NCBI GenBank assembly: GCA_018812625.1
Contig: JAHJDH010000031.1
Span: 1 to 57,581 of the forward strand
Reading direction: 5' to 3'
Length of the DNA: 57,581 bases
DNA from: Candidatus Micrarchaeota archaeon
GTDB lineage: Archaea > Micrarchaeota > Micrarchaeia > Anstonellales > Bilamarchaeaceae
Below the pieces are notes generated by a model. That model was not told the origin of the DNA. It did no database searches and saw only the letters and a list, made by a program, of their open reading frames with translations. Of this stretch, positions 47,598-57,581 are shown piece after piece. Both the position numbers and the translations under genes were made by a program. The first letter of the stretch is position 1. Each line of letters begins with the position of its first letter.

Positions 47598-48584
47598 ATG
47601 AATAATAACATGAAAAAGGTTAACCTTCACAATAAGCCAGGAGATTGGGATGGCATAAGAGATAGAGTCTCCAGGCTTAATAAGGTTGCCTCAAGAAGAA
47701 TTGCAAGAAGCCTGAGATCTTATGCTCCATTTGAAGAGCGATTTTGCATTGCTGCAGTTGGAAGCGATGGAAGACTTGAAAAGGGAGAAGTCTCTTCTCT
47801 CGAAGTTGTTTTTTATCATAAGGATATGACTTGTTCTGTTGGAACAGAACTTACAAGACAAGCAAAGGGACTTTGGAGGGAAATTTACTGTCCGCTCCTA
47901 GGGGATAGTGGATATGAAGCCAAAGCAATTGAATCTGACACAATGAGCATTGCATTTGGGAATATGCATGCAGTTTATCCTTCAAGAGTATTGGATTCTG
48001 TACTGATTCATGGAAACCCAGAGGTTCTTGATAAGGCAAAGACAAGAATGGTTGCTGAATGGAATGGAAAGTTTGGTCAAAAGGTCAGAAAAATCCTCAA
48101 AGAACGCAAAAGACAGTCAAAACGGGTAATGGAAACCGGAACGCAAGAATGGAAATCAACTAGCATAGCACATTATAATGCAAATTACGGAAAGGCATTT
48201 TACAATGATCTTGACATTGAAGGTGAATTAGTTCAGGTCAGATCAGCAAAACCAGGGCCACTTAGATTTGTTCAGGGAACAATCGAATTTGCAGTTGTTG
48301 GGATTGCAAGAAAACTGAAACGTGAAGATGCAGAGAAATTAGTAATTGAACTTCCAACTCCCACTATTGAAAAAATAGCTTATCTTGGAAACCTTGGAAT
48401 GCTCAGCCTAACAAACGAGCAGGTTGAGAAAGTTGTTGACTGTTATCTATCGTTCCTAAGATTATATCATGCAAGTGAATCTGGATATGTTGAAGCAGAA
48501 ACAGTAGTAAAATTCGATCCAAAAGAAGCCAGAGAAAGAATTGAAGCACTGTCCAGAATACTTGAAGGCAATATAGTTCGCTAA
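47598..48584 (+). CDS. GlnD/GlnE-like nucleotidyltransferase-fold protein, degenerate DxD
   Basis: IAAVGSDGRLE...SSLEVVF; helical C-terminal part (KPGPLRFVQ, YLSFLRLYH). Confidence 0.65.
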   Translation: MNNNMKKVNLHNKPGDWDGIRDRVSRLNKVASRRIARSLRSYAPFEERFCIAAVGSDGRLEKGEVSSLEVVFYHKDMTCSVGTELTRQAKGLWREIYCPLLGDSGYEAKAIESDTMSIAFGNMHAVYPSRVLDSVLIHGNPEVLDKAKTRMVAEWNGKFGQKVRKILKERKRQSKRVMETGTQEWKSTSIAHYNANYGKAFYNDLDIEGELVQVRSAKPGPLRFVQGTIEFAVVGIARKLKREDAEKLVIELPTPTIEKIAYLGNLGMLSLTNEQVEKVVDCYLSFLRLYHASESGYVEAETVVKFDPKEARERIEALSRILEGNIVR

Positions 48585-48645
48585 TTTCGCTAATGGCCGA
48601 AGGAATTGCATAATCATCTATTTCATTAGCCCAGCTACGCATAAT

Positions 48646-48732
48646 ATGGACGACGACAAGATTGTCCTTGATCGCAAAGGCTTCAAGGCACTTGCTGTTG
48701 AGTCCAGTGTCAAGGAAACTGGGATTTTTTAA
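48646..48732 (+). pseudogene. Truncated 5' copy of the ArsR-type gene 49309..49938
   Basis: MDDDKIVLDRKGFKALAVESSVK versus MDDDKIVLDRKSFEALAVDTRVK; 62 of 69 nt identical. Confidence 0.8.
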
Positions 48733-48789
48733 ACCAACGAAAAACCACTTTTAATAACATATTTAAACCCTTTCACACATAATACTGTT

Positions 48790-49260
48790 ATGAACAAATC
48801 CCAAATAACAACAGTTGGTAAAAGGTCAGTCCCAAAACCACCCTTAAGAGGAGTAGTTAAGGATAGCAAGCCTGAGCCAGACACTATTTTTAATTCTGCA
48901 AAAGGTTCTGTCCCTCCGGAAAGACCATTATTCTCATCAGCAAACCCTGGAGAGCGCATGGTTGAAGTTGTAGAGGAAATGTTTGAACTTGAGAAGGGAA
49001 TTGAGGATCTTGTAGCCGAAGGTATCCAAAGGCCAGTAGTTGCGAAAAAGAAATCACCCCAAGGAATGAGAGGTTCGGTTCCGCCAGAGCAATCGGTCTT
49101 TAATGCAAACGATCCAAGGCAGGCTCTTATTGATAGTATTGAACCAACAGAGCTCTCTTCAGATATTGAAGATCTTGTAGCCGAAGGAACAAGCACATCA
49201 ATAGAAGATTGGAAAAGGATCCCAAAGGCACCAAAACTTCCAATGGAATTTCGATCCTGA
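48790..49260 (+). CDS. Disordered orphan with two internal repeats
   Basis: GSVPPE...IEDLVAEG twice; basic Pro-rich leader. Confidence 0.7.
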   Translation: MNKSQITTVGKRSVPKPPLRGVVKDSKPEPDTIFNSAKGSVPPERPLFSSANPGERMVEVVEEMFELEKGIEDLVAEGIQRPVVAKKKSPQGMRGSVPPEQSVFNANDPRQALIDSIEPTELSSDIEDLVAEGTSTSIEDWKRIPKAPKLPMEFRS

Positions 49261-49308
49261 CCGAAACATTAACTAATTCTTTTATATTCAATTATTCTAG
49301 TTTTACTT

Positions 49309-49938
49309 ATGGACGATGACAAGATTGTCCTTGATCGCAAAAGCTTCGAGGCACTTGCTGTTGACACTAGAGTCAAGATACTCAAATCACTAAAAGAAAG
49401 AAGAAAAACGCTCACAGAGATCTCGAAAGAACAAAATATGTCTGTTTCTGGAATCAAAGAACATTTGGAGACTCTTGAGAAAGTAGGACTAATTGAAAAG
49501 ATTGATGATGGGCACAAATGGAAATATTACGAGCTTACAAAAAAAGGAAAGGAAATTGTTAGCCCAAGAGAAGTCAAAGTCTTTATTATGCTCTCAATTT
49601 CACTGATTGCACTTATTGCTTCGGCATTTTTCATGTTTCCTCCGATGTCTCAAATGGAAGCAACTCAAACAGGAGGAGCGCGCGTTACTTCTTCTGAAGC
49701 TCCAATGGCTGCTCCTATGGCAGAAGAAAATGCCGCATATGATGTATTATATGATGACGAAGAATACGGAGATGCATCTGCAAAAAGTCTTGGTGGAGAA
49801 TCTCAAGTGCCAGAAGAAATTGAATTGGAGGATTTGGAAGAATCCAAAGATAACAGATTAGTAATTTTAATTGCAGTAATCAGCCTTGCTACGATACTCT
49901 CATGCCTTGGGATCCTCTTTCGAAACAGGATGCACTAA
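49309..49938 (+). CDS. ArsR-family wHTH regulator with two TM segments
   Basis: ALAVDTRVKILK...TLTEIS...KEHL..LEKVGLI...YYELTKKG plus TMs. Confidence 0.85.
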   Translation: MDDDKIVLDRKSFEALAVDTRVKILKSLKERRKTLTEISKEQNMSVSGIKEHLETLEKVGLIEKIDDGHKWKYYELTKKGKEIVSPREVKVFIMLSISLIALIASAFFMFPPMSQMEATQTGGARVTSSEAPMAAPMAEENAAYDVLYDDEEYGDASAKSLGGESQVPEEIELEDLEESKDNRLVILIAVISLATILSCLGILFRNRMH

Positions 49939-50199
49939 TTATTTTCCCTTGAATGCAATTCCAGTCACACTCAGGAAAATCAGGACAAGCAGTCCAGGAA
50001 TTCCTCCAACTAGCAAAATAATTATACTCCAGATGTTTATTGCAATCTTTATTCCAAGCCATCCGATAATCTTGAGCGCAACCAACGCCACAACTGTATT
50101 GATAAGAAGGGGTATCGGGCCCCATGCATTCCAAATAATTGCGAATAAAACAAATGCAAAAAACAGCAGAATCAAATTAAGAACGCTTTTGGAAACCAT
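49939..50199 (-). CDS. BofA-like small membrane protein
   Basis: LLINTVVALVAL...IAINIWS....GGIPG. Confidence 0.7.
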   Translation of the reverse strand: MVSKSVLNLILLFFAFVLFAIIWNAWGPIPLLINTVVALVALKIIGWLGIKIAINIWSIIILLVGGIPGLLVLIFLSVTGIAFKGK

Positions 50200-50248
50200 G
50201 AGCAAAAAAGCACAATAATATTTATATCATTAATGTGAATCTAGTCTT

Positions 50249-51133
50249 ATGTTCGGTGTAAAGGTCATCTCGCCAGAAATTCTTGGTATAAAGCAGTGGA
50301 TAAATTCCAAACCACTTAAGATTAAAGATCTAAAAGACAAGGTAGTACTCATTGAATTCTGGTCATACAACTGCATGAATTGCAGAAGAACTATTCCTTA
50401 CATGAAAAAATGGCATTCTAAATATTCCAAAAAGGGACTGGTTATCATAGGAGTTCATTCCCCGGAGTTTGAATTTGAAAAAGATCCTAAGAATGTCAAA
50501 AATGCAGTAAAGGATCTTGGAATAAAATACCCAGTTGCAGTAGATAGCAAACTAGAAACATGGAATAACTTTGAAAACAGGGTTTATCCTGCAAAATTTC
50601 TGATTGAAGAGGGATATGTAACCTATGTTCTCTTTGGTGAGGGGGATTATGAGAAAACAGAAAGGATAATCCAAGAAGCTCTTGGTGTAAAGGGTAAAGT
50701 AGAAAAGGAACAATATCTCAGTTATATGTTTGATCAAAGCCCGATAACTTATACGGGATTTGCAAAAAATACTGGACTTGGCTCTGGTCTTACAGTAAAG
50801 GAAAAAACAAGTTACTATGTTGATCCTGGAGAACATATACTAAATACGGTTTATCCTGATGGGCAGTGGGAACAGAAAAGCGACTGTCTTGAATTAAAGA
50901 AAGGGCCTGGAAAATTATCATATAAGTTTATTGCAAATGAGGTAAACCTTATTGTCGAGCCTCTTGGAAAATCAGTCACTGCAGATGTTTATGTTGATTA
51001 TAAAAAGAAAAAATCAATTACTATAGGCTCTGCTGGGATCTGCTCGTTTTTCAAAGACAAACATTTCAAAGAAAGAGAAATTTCAATTATTTTCAAGGGC
51101 AAGATAAAGGTTTTTGCATTTACCTTTGGCTAA
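50249..51133 (+). CDS. DipZ-like thioredoxin-fold protein
   Basis: WINSKPL, FWSYNCMNC, IGVHSPEFEFEK, AFTFG C-terminus. Confidence 0.9.
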   Translation: MFGVKVISPEILGIKQWINSKPLKIKDLKDKVVLIEFWSYNCMNCRRTIPYMKKWHSKYSKKGLVIIGVHSPEFEFEKDPKNVKNAVKDLGIKYPVAVDSKLETWNNFENRVYPAKFLIEEGYVTYVLFGEGDYEKTERIIQEALGVKGKVEKEQYLSYMFDQSPITYTGFAKNTGLGSGLTVKEKTSYYVDPGEHILNTVYPDGQWEQKSDCLELKKGPGKLSYKFIANEVNLIVEPLGKSVTADVYVDYKKKKSITIGSAGICSFFKDKHFKEREISIIFKGKIKVFAFTFG

Positions 51134-51731
51134 TTTGTAAAAGTCTTTGGAAAATTGTGACTGCTGACAAAACAGATGCAATTATCAAAGAATAAACAAA
51201 GAAATCCATAGAGAATACAATACCTGCAAAAAGCCCTAGAATTAGTATAAGCAGCCTCTCGCTCCTCTCGCAAAGTCCTCCAAGTGCTAGTGCTTTGGAC
51301 TTTTCAATAACCTCTTTATGGTCAGCATACGCACGAACAAATGAAGGCATGCACGTTCCAAGAAATATTACAGAAGCAAGCCAAATTTTTGCATCAATAA
51401 ATATTTCAGGAAGTGTGTAGAACATGAAGGAAAACAAAAATATTGCTTCGACGAACCTATCTGCAACTCCATCAATAAAACCACCAAGTTTGCTCACCTG
51501 ATTTCTTGCTCTTGCAACAGCTCCATCTACCAGATCAAGCAATCCAGCTAGTGCAAATAAGAAAAGTCCAAGGAACAATTCTCCAAAAGAAATCATTATT
51601 CCTGCTGCGAGTGCAACCAAAAGTGAAAGGATAGTCCAGTGATTAGGACTAAGTGGAATAATAGCAAAAGTTTTGCCAATAGAGCTTTGGATATTTCTAA
51701 GTGAGCTTTCCTGTTTGAGCATAATGATCAT
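51120..51731 (-). CDS. CDP-alcohol phosphatidyltransferase (archaetidylinositol-phosphate synthase-like)
   Basis: SPN..T, DLVDGAVAR...S..GGFIDGVADR, ERSER. Confidence 0.9.
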   Translation of the reverse strand: MIIMLKQESSLRNIQSSIGKTFAIIPLSPNHWTILSLLVALAAGIMISFGELFLGLFLFALAGLLDLVDGAVARARNQVSKLGGFIDGVADRFVEAIFLFSFMFYTLPEIFIDAKIWLASVIFLGTCMPSFVRAYADHKEVIEKSKALALGGLCERSERLLILILGLFAGIVFSMDFFVYSLIIASVLSAVTIFQRLLQISQR

Positions 51732-51744
51732 ATGAAGATAAACT

Positions 51745-52377
51745 TCATAAATTAATCTTCTTGAACTCTAAATAAGAAATGACGACTGTAATTAGCGCTG
51801 CCAAAATAATTGGAACAAGAATCAGGATAAGAAGAAAGTCCGGAAAAATTGATGCGAAGATGGCTAGGATCCCAGCAATAAAAAATAATTTTGATGCAAT
51901 AGCATGCGTTTTTTCCCAAACAACATCACTAGACAGTGTCCATGGAGTCCGAATTCCGATAAACCAGTTTCTTTTTGTTTTTGGAAGCAAATAACCAATG
52001 TAAAAGAAAAGCATTCCGATAGCTATTGGGATGGTAAGATTAGGGCTGATTTGAATTCCAATATTCCAAAGAAGGACTTGCAGATGAATCAGAAAAAAGA
52101 ATGCCAGGATAATTACAACAAAAATCTCATAATCTCTCTTGAATTTTAGTATATTTTTTGATGGGTCTATAGATGGCAGATAATACATGAGAACAGCAAC
52201 GATAACCATAATCAAAGGAAGCAGGATAGCTCCCCAAAACTTTGGCAAGTAGCCATTAACCTGACCGTTTTCACCCCAATGACTTGCCAGATCCTCTGGC
52301 AAACTAGGATAGATGATTATGCTAGAAAAAACAGAAAGAAGAATCAAAAATAGTTGCAATTTTTGCATAGAGACCAT
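51745..52377 (-). CDS. SdpI/DUF1648 family membrane protein
   Basis: LP..LASHW...GQVNG, RNWFIGIRTPWTL...VWEKTH. Confidence 0.88.
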   Translation of the reverse strand: MVSMQKLQLFLILLSVFSSIIIYPSLPEDLASHWGENGQVNGYLPKFWGAILLPLIMVIVAVLMYYLPSIDPSKNILKFKRDYEIFVVIILAFFFLIHLQVLLWNIGIQISPNLTIPIAIGMLFFYIGYLLPKTKRNWFIGIRTPWTLSSDVVWEKTHAIASKLFFIAGILAIFASIFPDFLLILILVPIILAALITVVISYLEFKKINL

Positions 52378-52610
52378 TATTCAAGCTTAAGAAGTTCCTT
52401 TAATTTTGGAACATTGAATCCAACGACTATTTCTCCATCAATATCTGTTACTGGGATTCCACCCTGCTTACTTTTATCCATACTTTCTTTTGCATAGTCT
52501 GAATTTTCAACATCCCTCTCCTCATACTCGACATTATTTTCTTTTAAAAAATCCTTTACTTTGGTGCAGAAATGACACCACTCAGCACTATATACAATTA
52601 CTTTTGCCAT
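52377..52610 (-). CDS. Glutaredoxin/NrdH-like redoxin
   Basis: WCHFC, GIPV..IDG..VVGF. Confidence 0.9.
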   Translation of the reverse strand: MAKVIVYSAEWCHFCTKVKDFLKENNVEYEERDVENSDYAKESMDKSKQGGIPVTDIDGEIVVGFNVPKLKELLKLE

Positions 52611-52688
52611 ACCAACAAATGCTATAATGAAATATATAAATTTTCAGTTGGGCGTGGGATTTAAAAAGTTGAAGGCGAATTCCCACAT

Positions 52689-53990
52689 ATGGCGATAGAG
52701 GCTGAGGGGATAGAGTTCCTCATCATAGGCATCACAATTGTAATGGGATTTTTGGCAAATCGAATATTTGACAAAACACAAGTGTCCCAGGTTATTTTAC
52801 TCATGCTATTTGGTTTTCTTTTAGGGCAAGTATTTGGACTGCTTGATGTTTCCTCTGAATCAGTCATTGTATCTATTTTGCCATTTATTGCATCTATTGC
52901 CCTTATTTTCCTTTTGTTTGATGGTGGTATTGAGTTTGATATTTTCAACCTTGCAAAAACCATTCCAAAAAGCATGCTATTTACGCTGCTTGTTTTTGCC
53001 CTTGGTATGATTTTCATAGGAGGCTTTACAGTTATCGCACTTGGATGGGAGATTCTGCATGGCCTTTTGCTTGGTGCAGTAGTTGGCGGTTCAAGCGGTG
53101 CAGTGGTTATTGCCCTTGTTGAGCGAAGCCATATCAAAAAAGAAACCAAATCCCTGCTTACTGTTGAATCAACATTGACAGATGCACTGGTAATTATCAC
53201 AGCAGTTGTCTTGATTGGTCTTATTACAGCAGGTACAGTACCTTCTGTTGGTTCACTTGTTGGATTATTTTTATCTTCATTTACAATTGCAATAACTCTT
53301 GGAATAATTGCCGCTTTCATTTGGATATTCTTGATGAACAGATTCGAAATGCATCTTTATTCGTACATGCTTATGCTTGCTCTTCTCTTTGGATTGTTTT
53401 CACTTACAGAAATGGTCCATGCAAGCGGAGGAATTGCTGTATTTGTCTTTGGTGTTATTCTTGGAAATGCAAAAAAACTTGGAAAGATAGCAAAAATTGA
53501 GTGGGTGAATCCAGTAAGCAGAACCTCGAGGCTTTTCCAGGAAGAAGTAACTTTCTTCGTTAGAACCTTCTTCTTTGTGTATGTGGGGCTTTTGCTCTCA
53601 TTAAACTATTTCAGCCCAATTGTTTTAGGAGTTTCAATTGCAATTGTCGCCCTTGTTGTCCTTGGAAGATTTTTAATCCAGAAATTAATCTTGCCTGATA
53701 TTCCACGCAAGGACCAGGGAATTGTAGTTACCATGATGCCAAGAGGACTTGCTGCTGCAGTTGTTGCAACTCTTCCTCTTACTGCAGGGATTATGATACC
53801 GCTCTTCCAGGAGTTTGTTTTCACAACAATACTGCTTACCAACATAGCAGCCACAGTTGGTGTATTTACATTTGGCAGAAAGGATGATAATGGGGAGAAG
53901 GAAGAGCCAAAAAAGGAAAATGGCAAAAAAGACAATGGCCAGGCTAAGAATAATAAAGAAAATCATAAGAAGAAAAAGGCCAGTGCATAA
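52689..53990 (+). CDS. Cation/H+ antiporter, CPA1 (NhaP-like)
   Basis: LFDGG, VESTLTD, FFVRTFFF, MPRGLAAAV; about 12 TM. Confidence 0.88.
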   Translation: MAIEAEGIEFLIIGITIVMGFLANRIFDKTQVSQVILLMLFGFLLGQVFGLLDVSSESVIVSILPFIASIALIFLLFDGGIEFDIFNLAKTIPKSMLFTLLVFALGMIFIGGFTVIALGWEILHGLLLGAVVGGSSGAVVIALVERSHIKKETKSLLTVESTLTDALVIITAVVLIGLITAGTVPSVGSLVGLFLSSFTIAITLGIIAAFIWIFLMNRFEMHLYSYMLMLALLFGLFSLTEMVHASGGIAVFVFGVILGNAKKLGKIAKIEWVNPVSRTSRLFQEEVTFFVRTFFFVYVGLLLSLNYFSPIVLGVSIAIVALVVLGRFLIQKLILPDIPRKDQGIVVTMMPRGLAAAVVATLPLTAGIMIPLFQEFVFTTILLTNIAATVGVFTFGRKDDNGEKEEPKKENGKKDNGQAKNNKENHKKKKASA

Positions 53991-54100
53991 TTTTTTTACC
54001 CCATAATTTTATTTTTCATATCAAGAGGCTAATTATTGTTTTTATCCCAACAAAGAGCATATTTAAATACATGATTGTTCATATATTATAACCGATAGTT

Positions 54101-54928
54101 ATGTATGATTATGAATCACAGCCAGAATGGGCACGAAAGCTTCAAACAGAATATAGATTTACAGGATCTAATTTGGAAGCTGGAGAGCAGATGATCCGGG
54201 AACGCATGGAAGAAGCCGTTCAAAAGCCCATGGAAGAGGCTACAGAAGAAATTCGTCATATATTGAATATGGCAGTACTCAGTGATCCTGCAATTATTAT
54301 TGCTATGGAAATTGCAGCTCAAAAGAACATTTACGAAGTTGATGCTGCTCTTGGTGATATTTATCCATCTGAGAAAGTTCTGGCAAAGGGTATTGAACTT
54401 CTGGGACAACATGGAATGTTGTTTGCCATAATACATCATGCTCATGAGCACATAGTTGAAAAAGAACCTGGAAAAGAACCAAGGTCGATGAGAAAGATCA
54501 AAAGATTCCCATCAGGATTTGACAATAATGATAGAGGAATAGTTGCAGAACAGGCAGAAAAATCAATTCTTGAAGCAGTTGACACCCTCTCAGGCGGAAA
54601 ACCAATGCCCGGTGGCATTACCTTAGTAGATTCGCCACAGATTAGTGAGTTTCTTTTTGTGAGTAAGAGCTTCCTAAGTGACAGGTTAAAAATCGAGATA
54701 ATTGAAGTGCTTGCCAAAAATGAATGTTTTGACCCTATTGCCGGTATTGAAGCAAATGTTTGGGAAAGTAAAACAGCAAGAGAAGTAGCAAGAAAAACGC
54801 TAATGGCACTACAAGTCCCAACTGACACATTAGATAGCATGCAGGCATTTAGAAGACTAAAGGTTGTAGATGAAAAAACTCTGACAAGACCCAAAGGACC
54901 TTTGAAAAAACCAAAACTAGTTAACTAA
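54101..54928 (+). CDS. Orphan helical protein with basic Pro-rich C-terminal tail
   Basis: Ends ...FRRLKVVDEKTLTRPKGPLKKPKLVN. Confidence 0.7.
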   Translation: MYDYESQPEWARKLQTEYRFTGSNLEAGEQMIRERMEEAVQKPMEEATEEIRHILNMAVLSDPAIIIAMEIAAQKNIYEVDAALGDIYPSEKVLAKGIELLGQHGMLFAIIHHAHEHIVEKEPGKEPRSMRKIKRFPSGFDNNDRGIVAEQAEKSILEAVDTLSGGKPMPGGITLVDSPQISEFLFVSKSFLSDRLKIEIIEVLAKNECFDPIAGIEANVWESKTAREVARKTLMALQVPTDTLDSMQAFRRLKVVDEKTLTRPKGPLKKPKLVN

Positions 54929-54985
54929 AAAAGAAGAGCAACTTCTAAAACTGTTTAAATATTTCTACTTCTATTTATCATTCAT

Positions 54986-56713
54986 ATGCCAACTAGAGTA
55001 GCAGTCATTGATAGGGATTTATGCATCGAAAAAAGGTGCGGATACGCATGCGCAAAGGTGTGCCCACCAAACAGAATGGGAGAAGAATGCATAGTTGTTG
55101 AAGATGATGGAGTATTTCCAGTAATATCAGAAAACCTTTGTATAGGATGTGGATTATGCGTCAAAAAATGCCCAGTAAAATGCATTGCGATCATTAACCT
55201 TGCTAGAGAACTTGAAAATCCAATTTTCCAATATGGAATTAATACCTTCAGAGTTTATGGCCTTCCGCTTCCAGAAAATGGAGCAGTATCCTTAGTTGGA
55301 AAAAACGGAATTGGAAAAACTACTTCAATTAAACTCCTAAGCAGGGCCATTTTGCCAAATTTTGCCATATTAGACAGAAAACTGACAGATGATGAGATAC
55401 TGGAAAAGCTTCCAATTGATACCAGAAGATACTTCAAGTCCAATAATGAAATCAAGGTAAGTTCCAAACCACAAAATATTGATAAGATCAGAAAAGTATT
55501 TGATGGAACAGTTGAAGAGCTTCTTGGAAAAATTAGTTCTGAAGGTGTTGGAAAAATCTCTGAATTATTTAAGATTGAAAAAATCATGAAAAGAAAAATC
55601 TCCCAATTATCTGGTGGAGAGCTGCAAAAAGTTGCAATTGCCACTTCTTACATGAAAGAGGCAGACATCTATTACTTTGACGAAGTTACAAACTACTTGG
55701 ACATTGAAGAAAGACTTAGGGTCGGAGTTATACTTAAAGAACTGTCTGAAAAAAAGAAAGTTTTGATGGCAGAGCATGACTTGACTCTGCTCGATTATGT
55801 CAGTGATTATGTATACCTTTACTATGGAGAAGAAAACGTGTATGGGGTTGTTTCTGGAATAAAAAATACAAGAGCAGGAATTAATGAATACATTGCAGGT
55901 TATCTGAAAGATGAAAATGTGCGTTTCAGAACATACGAAATCACATTCAGCAAGCACAGTGAAGGAGAGCTGAAAACTAAACCTATTTTGAGCTATGAGG
56001 CAATGAAAAAAGACTTTGGAGGGTTTGTATTCACAAGTGAAGCTGGAGATATAAGAAAGGGAGAAATCCTTGGGATTGTTGGTAAAAATGCACTTGGAAA
56101 ATCAACTTTTGTAAAGATACTTGCGGGTGAAGAAAGTGCAGATCAAGGAGATAAAATCCCGCTAAAGATATCATATAAGCCACAATATATCAGTGCAGAT
56201 GATAAATCTGTCTTTGAGACTTTATCTCATTGCAAAGGTATTGTATTTGAAGAATGCAAACGAAAACTTAACCTAAGCTCACTTCTGGAAAAGAAATTAA
56301 ACGAACTTTCTGGAGGTCAGTTGCAGAGAGTTGCACTTACAGCGGCGCTGTGCCAGAATGCAGATATCTACCTCTTTGATGAGCCTAGTGCTTTTCTGGA
56401 TATTGAGCAGAGATTTGAATTTGCATCCCTACTTCGAAAAGTAATTAGTGAAAGCGGGAAAAGTGCTTTTGTAGTAGACCATGATATTGTATTTATTGAT
56501 GCAATTGCAAATAGGTTGCTTGTTTTTGATGGAGAGAGTTCTGTTAATGGACATTCATCTGTCCCTCTAGATAAAAAGGCAGGAATGAACAGCTTCCTGA
56601 AAGTCGCTGGAATAACCATGAGAAGAGATAAAGACAGTGCCAGACCAAGAATCAATAAGCCAGGCAGCCAGCTCGACACATTGCAAAGAGAATCCGGAGA
56701 ATATTATGGATGA
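54986..56713 (+). CDS. rli: Ribosome recycling ATPase ABCE1/Rli1
   Basis: Two 4Fe-4S motifs (CP.NR, CIGCGLCVKKCP), two ABC domains, RPRINK.GS..D..Q. Confidence 0.96.
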   Translation: MPTRVAVIDRDLCIEKRCGYACAKVCPPNRMGEECIVVEDDGVFPVISENLCIGCGLCVKKCPVKCIAIINLARELENPIFQYGINTFRVYGLPLPENGAVSLVGKNGIGKTTSIKLLSRAILPNFAILDRKLTDDEILEKLPIDTRRYFKSNNEIKVSSKPQNIDKIRKVFDGTVEELLGKISSEGVGKISELFKIEKIMKRKISQLSGGELQKVAIATSYMKEADIYYFDEVTNYLDIEERLRVGVILKELSEKKKVLMAEHDLTLLDYVSDYVYLYYGEENVYGVVSGIKNTRAGINEYIAGYLKDENVRFRTYEITFSKHSEGELKTKPILSYEAMKKDFGGFVFTSEAGDIRKGEILGIVGKNALGKSTFVKILAGEESADQGDKIPLKISYKPQYISADDKSVFETLSHCKGIVFEECKRKLNLSSLLEKKLNELSGGQLQRVALTAALCQNADIYLFDEPSAFLDIEQRFEFASLLRKVISESGKSAFVVDHDIVFIDAIANRLLVFDGESSVNGHSSVPLDKKAGMNSFLKVAGITMRRDKDSARPRINKPGSQLDTLQRESGEYYG

Positions 56714-56753
56714 GCTCACAAACATTAAAAAAAGATAAGAGCTTACCTTGAGC

Positions 56754-57581
56754 ATGGCAAAAACATTAAAAAAAATCTGGATGGATGGCAAGTTTGTTGA
56801 TTGGAAGAATGCCAATATCCATATTATGACTCATGCTCTTCATTATGGAACTGCTATTTTTGAGGGTATGAGATGTTATGAAACTGCTAATGGCCCTGCT
56901 GTTTTTCGAATGGGAGACCACTACGAAAGACTGCACCATGGAATGAAAACATATGAATTCAAAATCAAATACAGTGTAGACCAACTTCGCAAGATAACAA
57001 AAGAACTGATTATAAAAAACAAGGTCAAAAGCTGCTACATAAGACCAATATCCTATATTGGGCATACTAATATTGGAATTGGGCTTGTTAATGCTTCTTA
57101 CAACCTTGCGATTGTACCAATACCCTTTGGAAAGTATTTTGGAAACAAATTCGAAAATGGAATAACATGCAAGATTTCAAGCTGGAAACGAATCAGTGCA
57201 GACATCATGTCCCCGCATGTAAAGGCCAGCGCAAATTACCTCAATTCAGTTCTTGCAAAAAAAGAAGCAATGAGCTCTGGCTTTGATGAGGCTATTATGC
57301 TCACTGAAAATGGAAGAGTTTCAGATGGATCTGGCGAAAATATATTCATTGTTGATAATGGAGAGCTGATCACGCCTCCACTTCATGATGGAGTTCTAAA
57401 AGGAATAACAAGGCAGAGCATTATTGAAATTGCAGAAGAAATGAGCATTCCAGTAAAGGAAAGATCAATTCTGAGGGATGAAGTTTATACTGCAGATGAG
57501 GTGTTTTTGACTGGAACAGCAGCAGAAGTAACTCCAGTAATAAACATCGACAGAAGACAAGTAGGCAAAGGCCCAGGTCCA
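56754..57581 (+). CDS. ilvE: Branched-chain amino acid aminotransferase, partial (runs off the window end)
   Basis: IWMDG...THALHYGTAIFEGMR, KASANY, SGENIF, L.GITR, ADEVFLTGTAAEVTP. Confidence 0.95.
   Translation, partial: MAKTLKKIWMDGKFVDWKNANIHIMTHALHYGTAIFEGMRCYETANGPAVFRMGDHYERLHHGMKTYEFKIKYSVDQLRKITKELIIKNKVKSCYIRPISYIGHTNIGIGLVNASYNLAIVPIPFGKYFGNKFENGITCKISSWKRISADIMSPHVKASANYLNSVLAKKEAMSSGFDEAIMLTENGRVSDGSGENIFIVDNGELITPPLHDGVLKGITRQSIIEIAEEMSIPVKERSILRDEVYTADEVFLTGTAAEVTPVINIDRRQVGKGPGP

Overview
AT-rich archaeal chromosome segment. The archaeal 16S rRNA, Dph5, FBPA/P, ABCE1, archaeal-type GluRS and TATA-driven leaderless genes point to DPANN, probably Micrarchaeota (inference). Housekeeping genes (metK 3' end, gdhA, 2x csp, DHS/SpeY-like, HIT, RsmB/NOP2, dinB, dph5, fbp, class II RNR, gltX, CDP-alcohol transferase, NhaP-type antiporter, rli/ABCE1, ilvE 5' part) are interleaved with two other gene sets. 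One is a 9.6-20.6 kb accessory island of small membrane, stress, toxin-antitoxin and SIR2 genes. The other is about 20 separately promoted orphan genes with basic, low-complexity N- or C-terminal extensions. Several orphans carry bacteria-like modules: a predicted outer-membrane-type beta-barrel fused to a transglutaminase-like domain, a sensor-less histidine kinase, a GlnD-like nucleotidyltransferase, a member of a bacterial cell-wall-associated family and a lipobox protein. I propose these may be host-directed effectors (hypothesis). Seen directly in the DNA: an unlinked 16S gene with a BHB processing stem and a 42-nt canonical BHB intron next to the 515F site; a Fic gene bracketed by 17-bp inverted repeats plus a duplicated 3' end of the neighbouring gene; several gene-fragment duplications; and two candidate structured RNAs. 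No tRNA, CRISPR array, integrase or transposase was seen. All family calls are by-eye motif recognition, not database searches.
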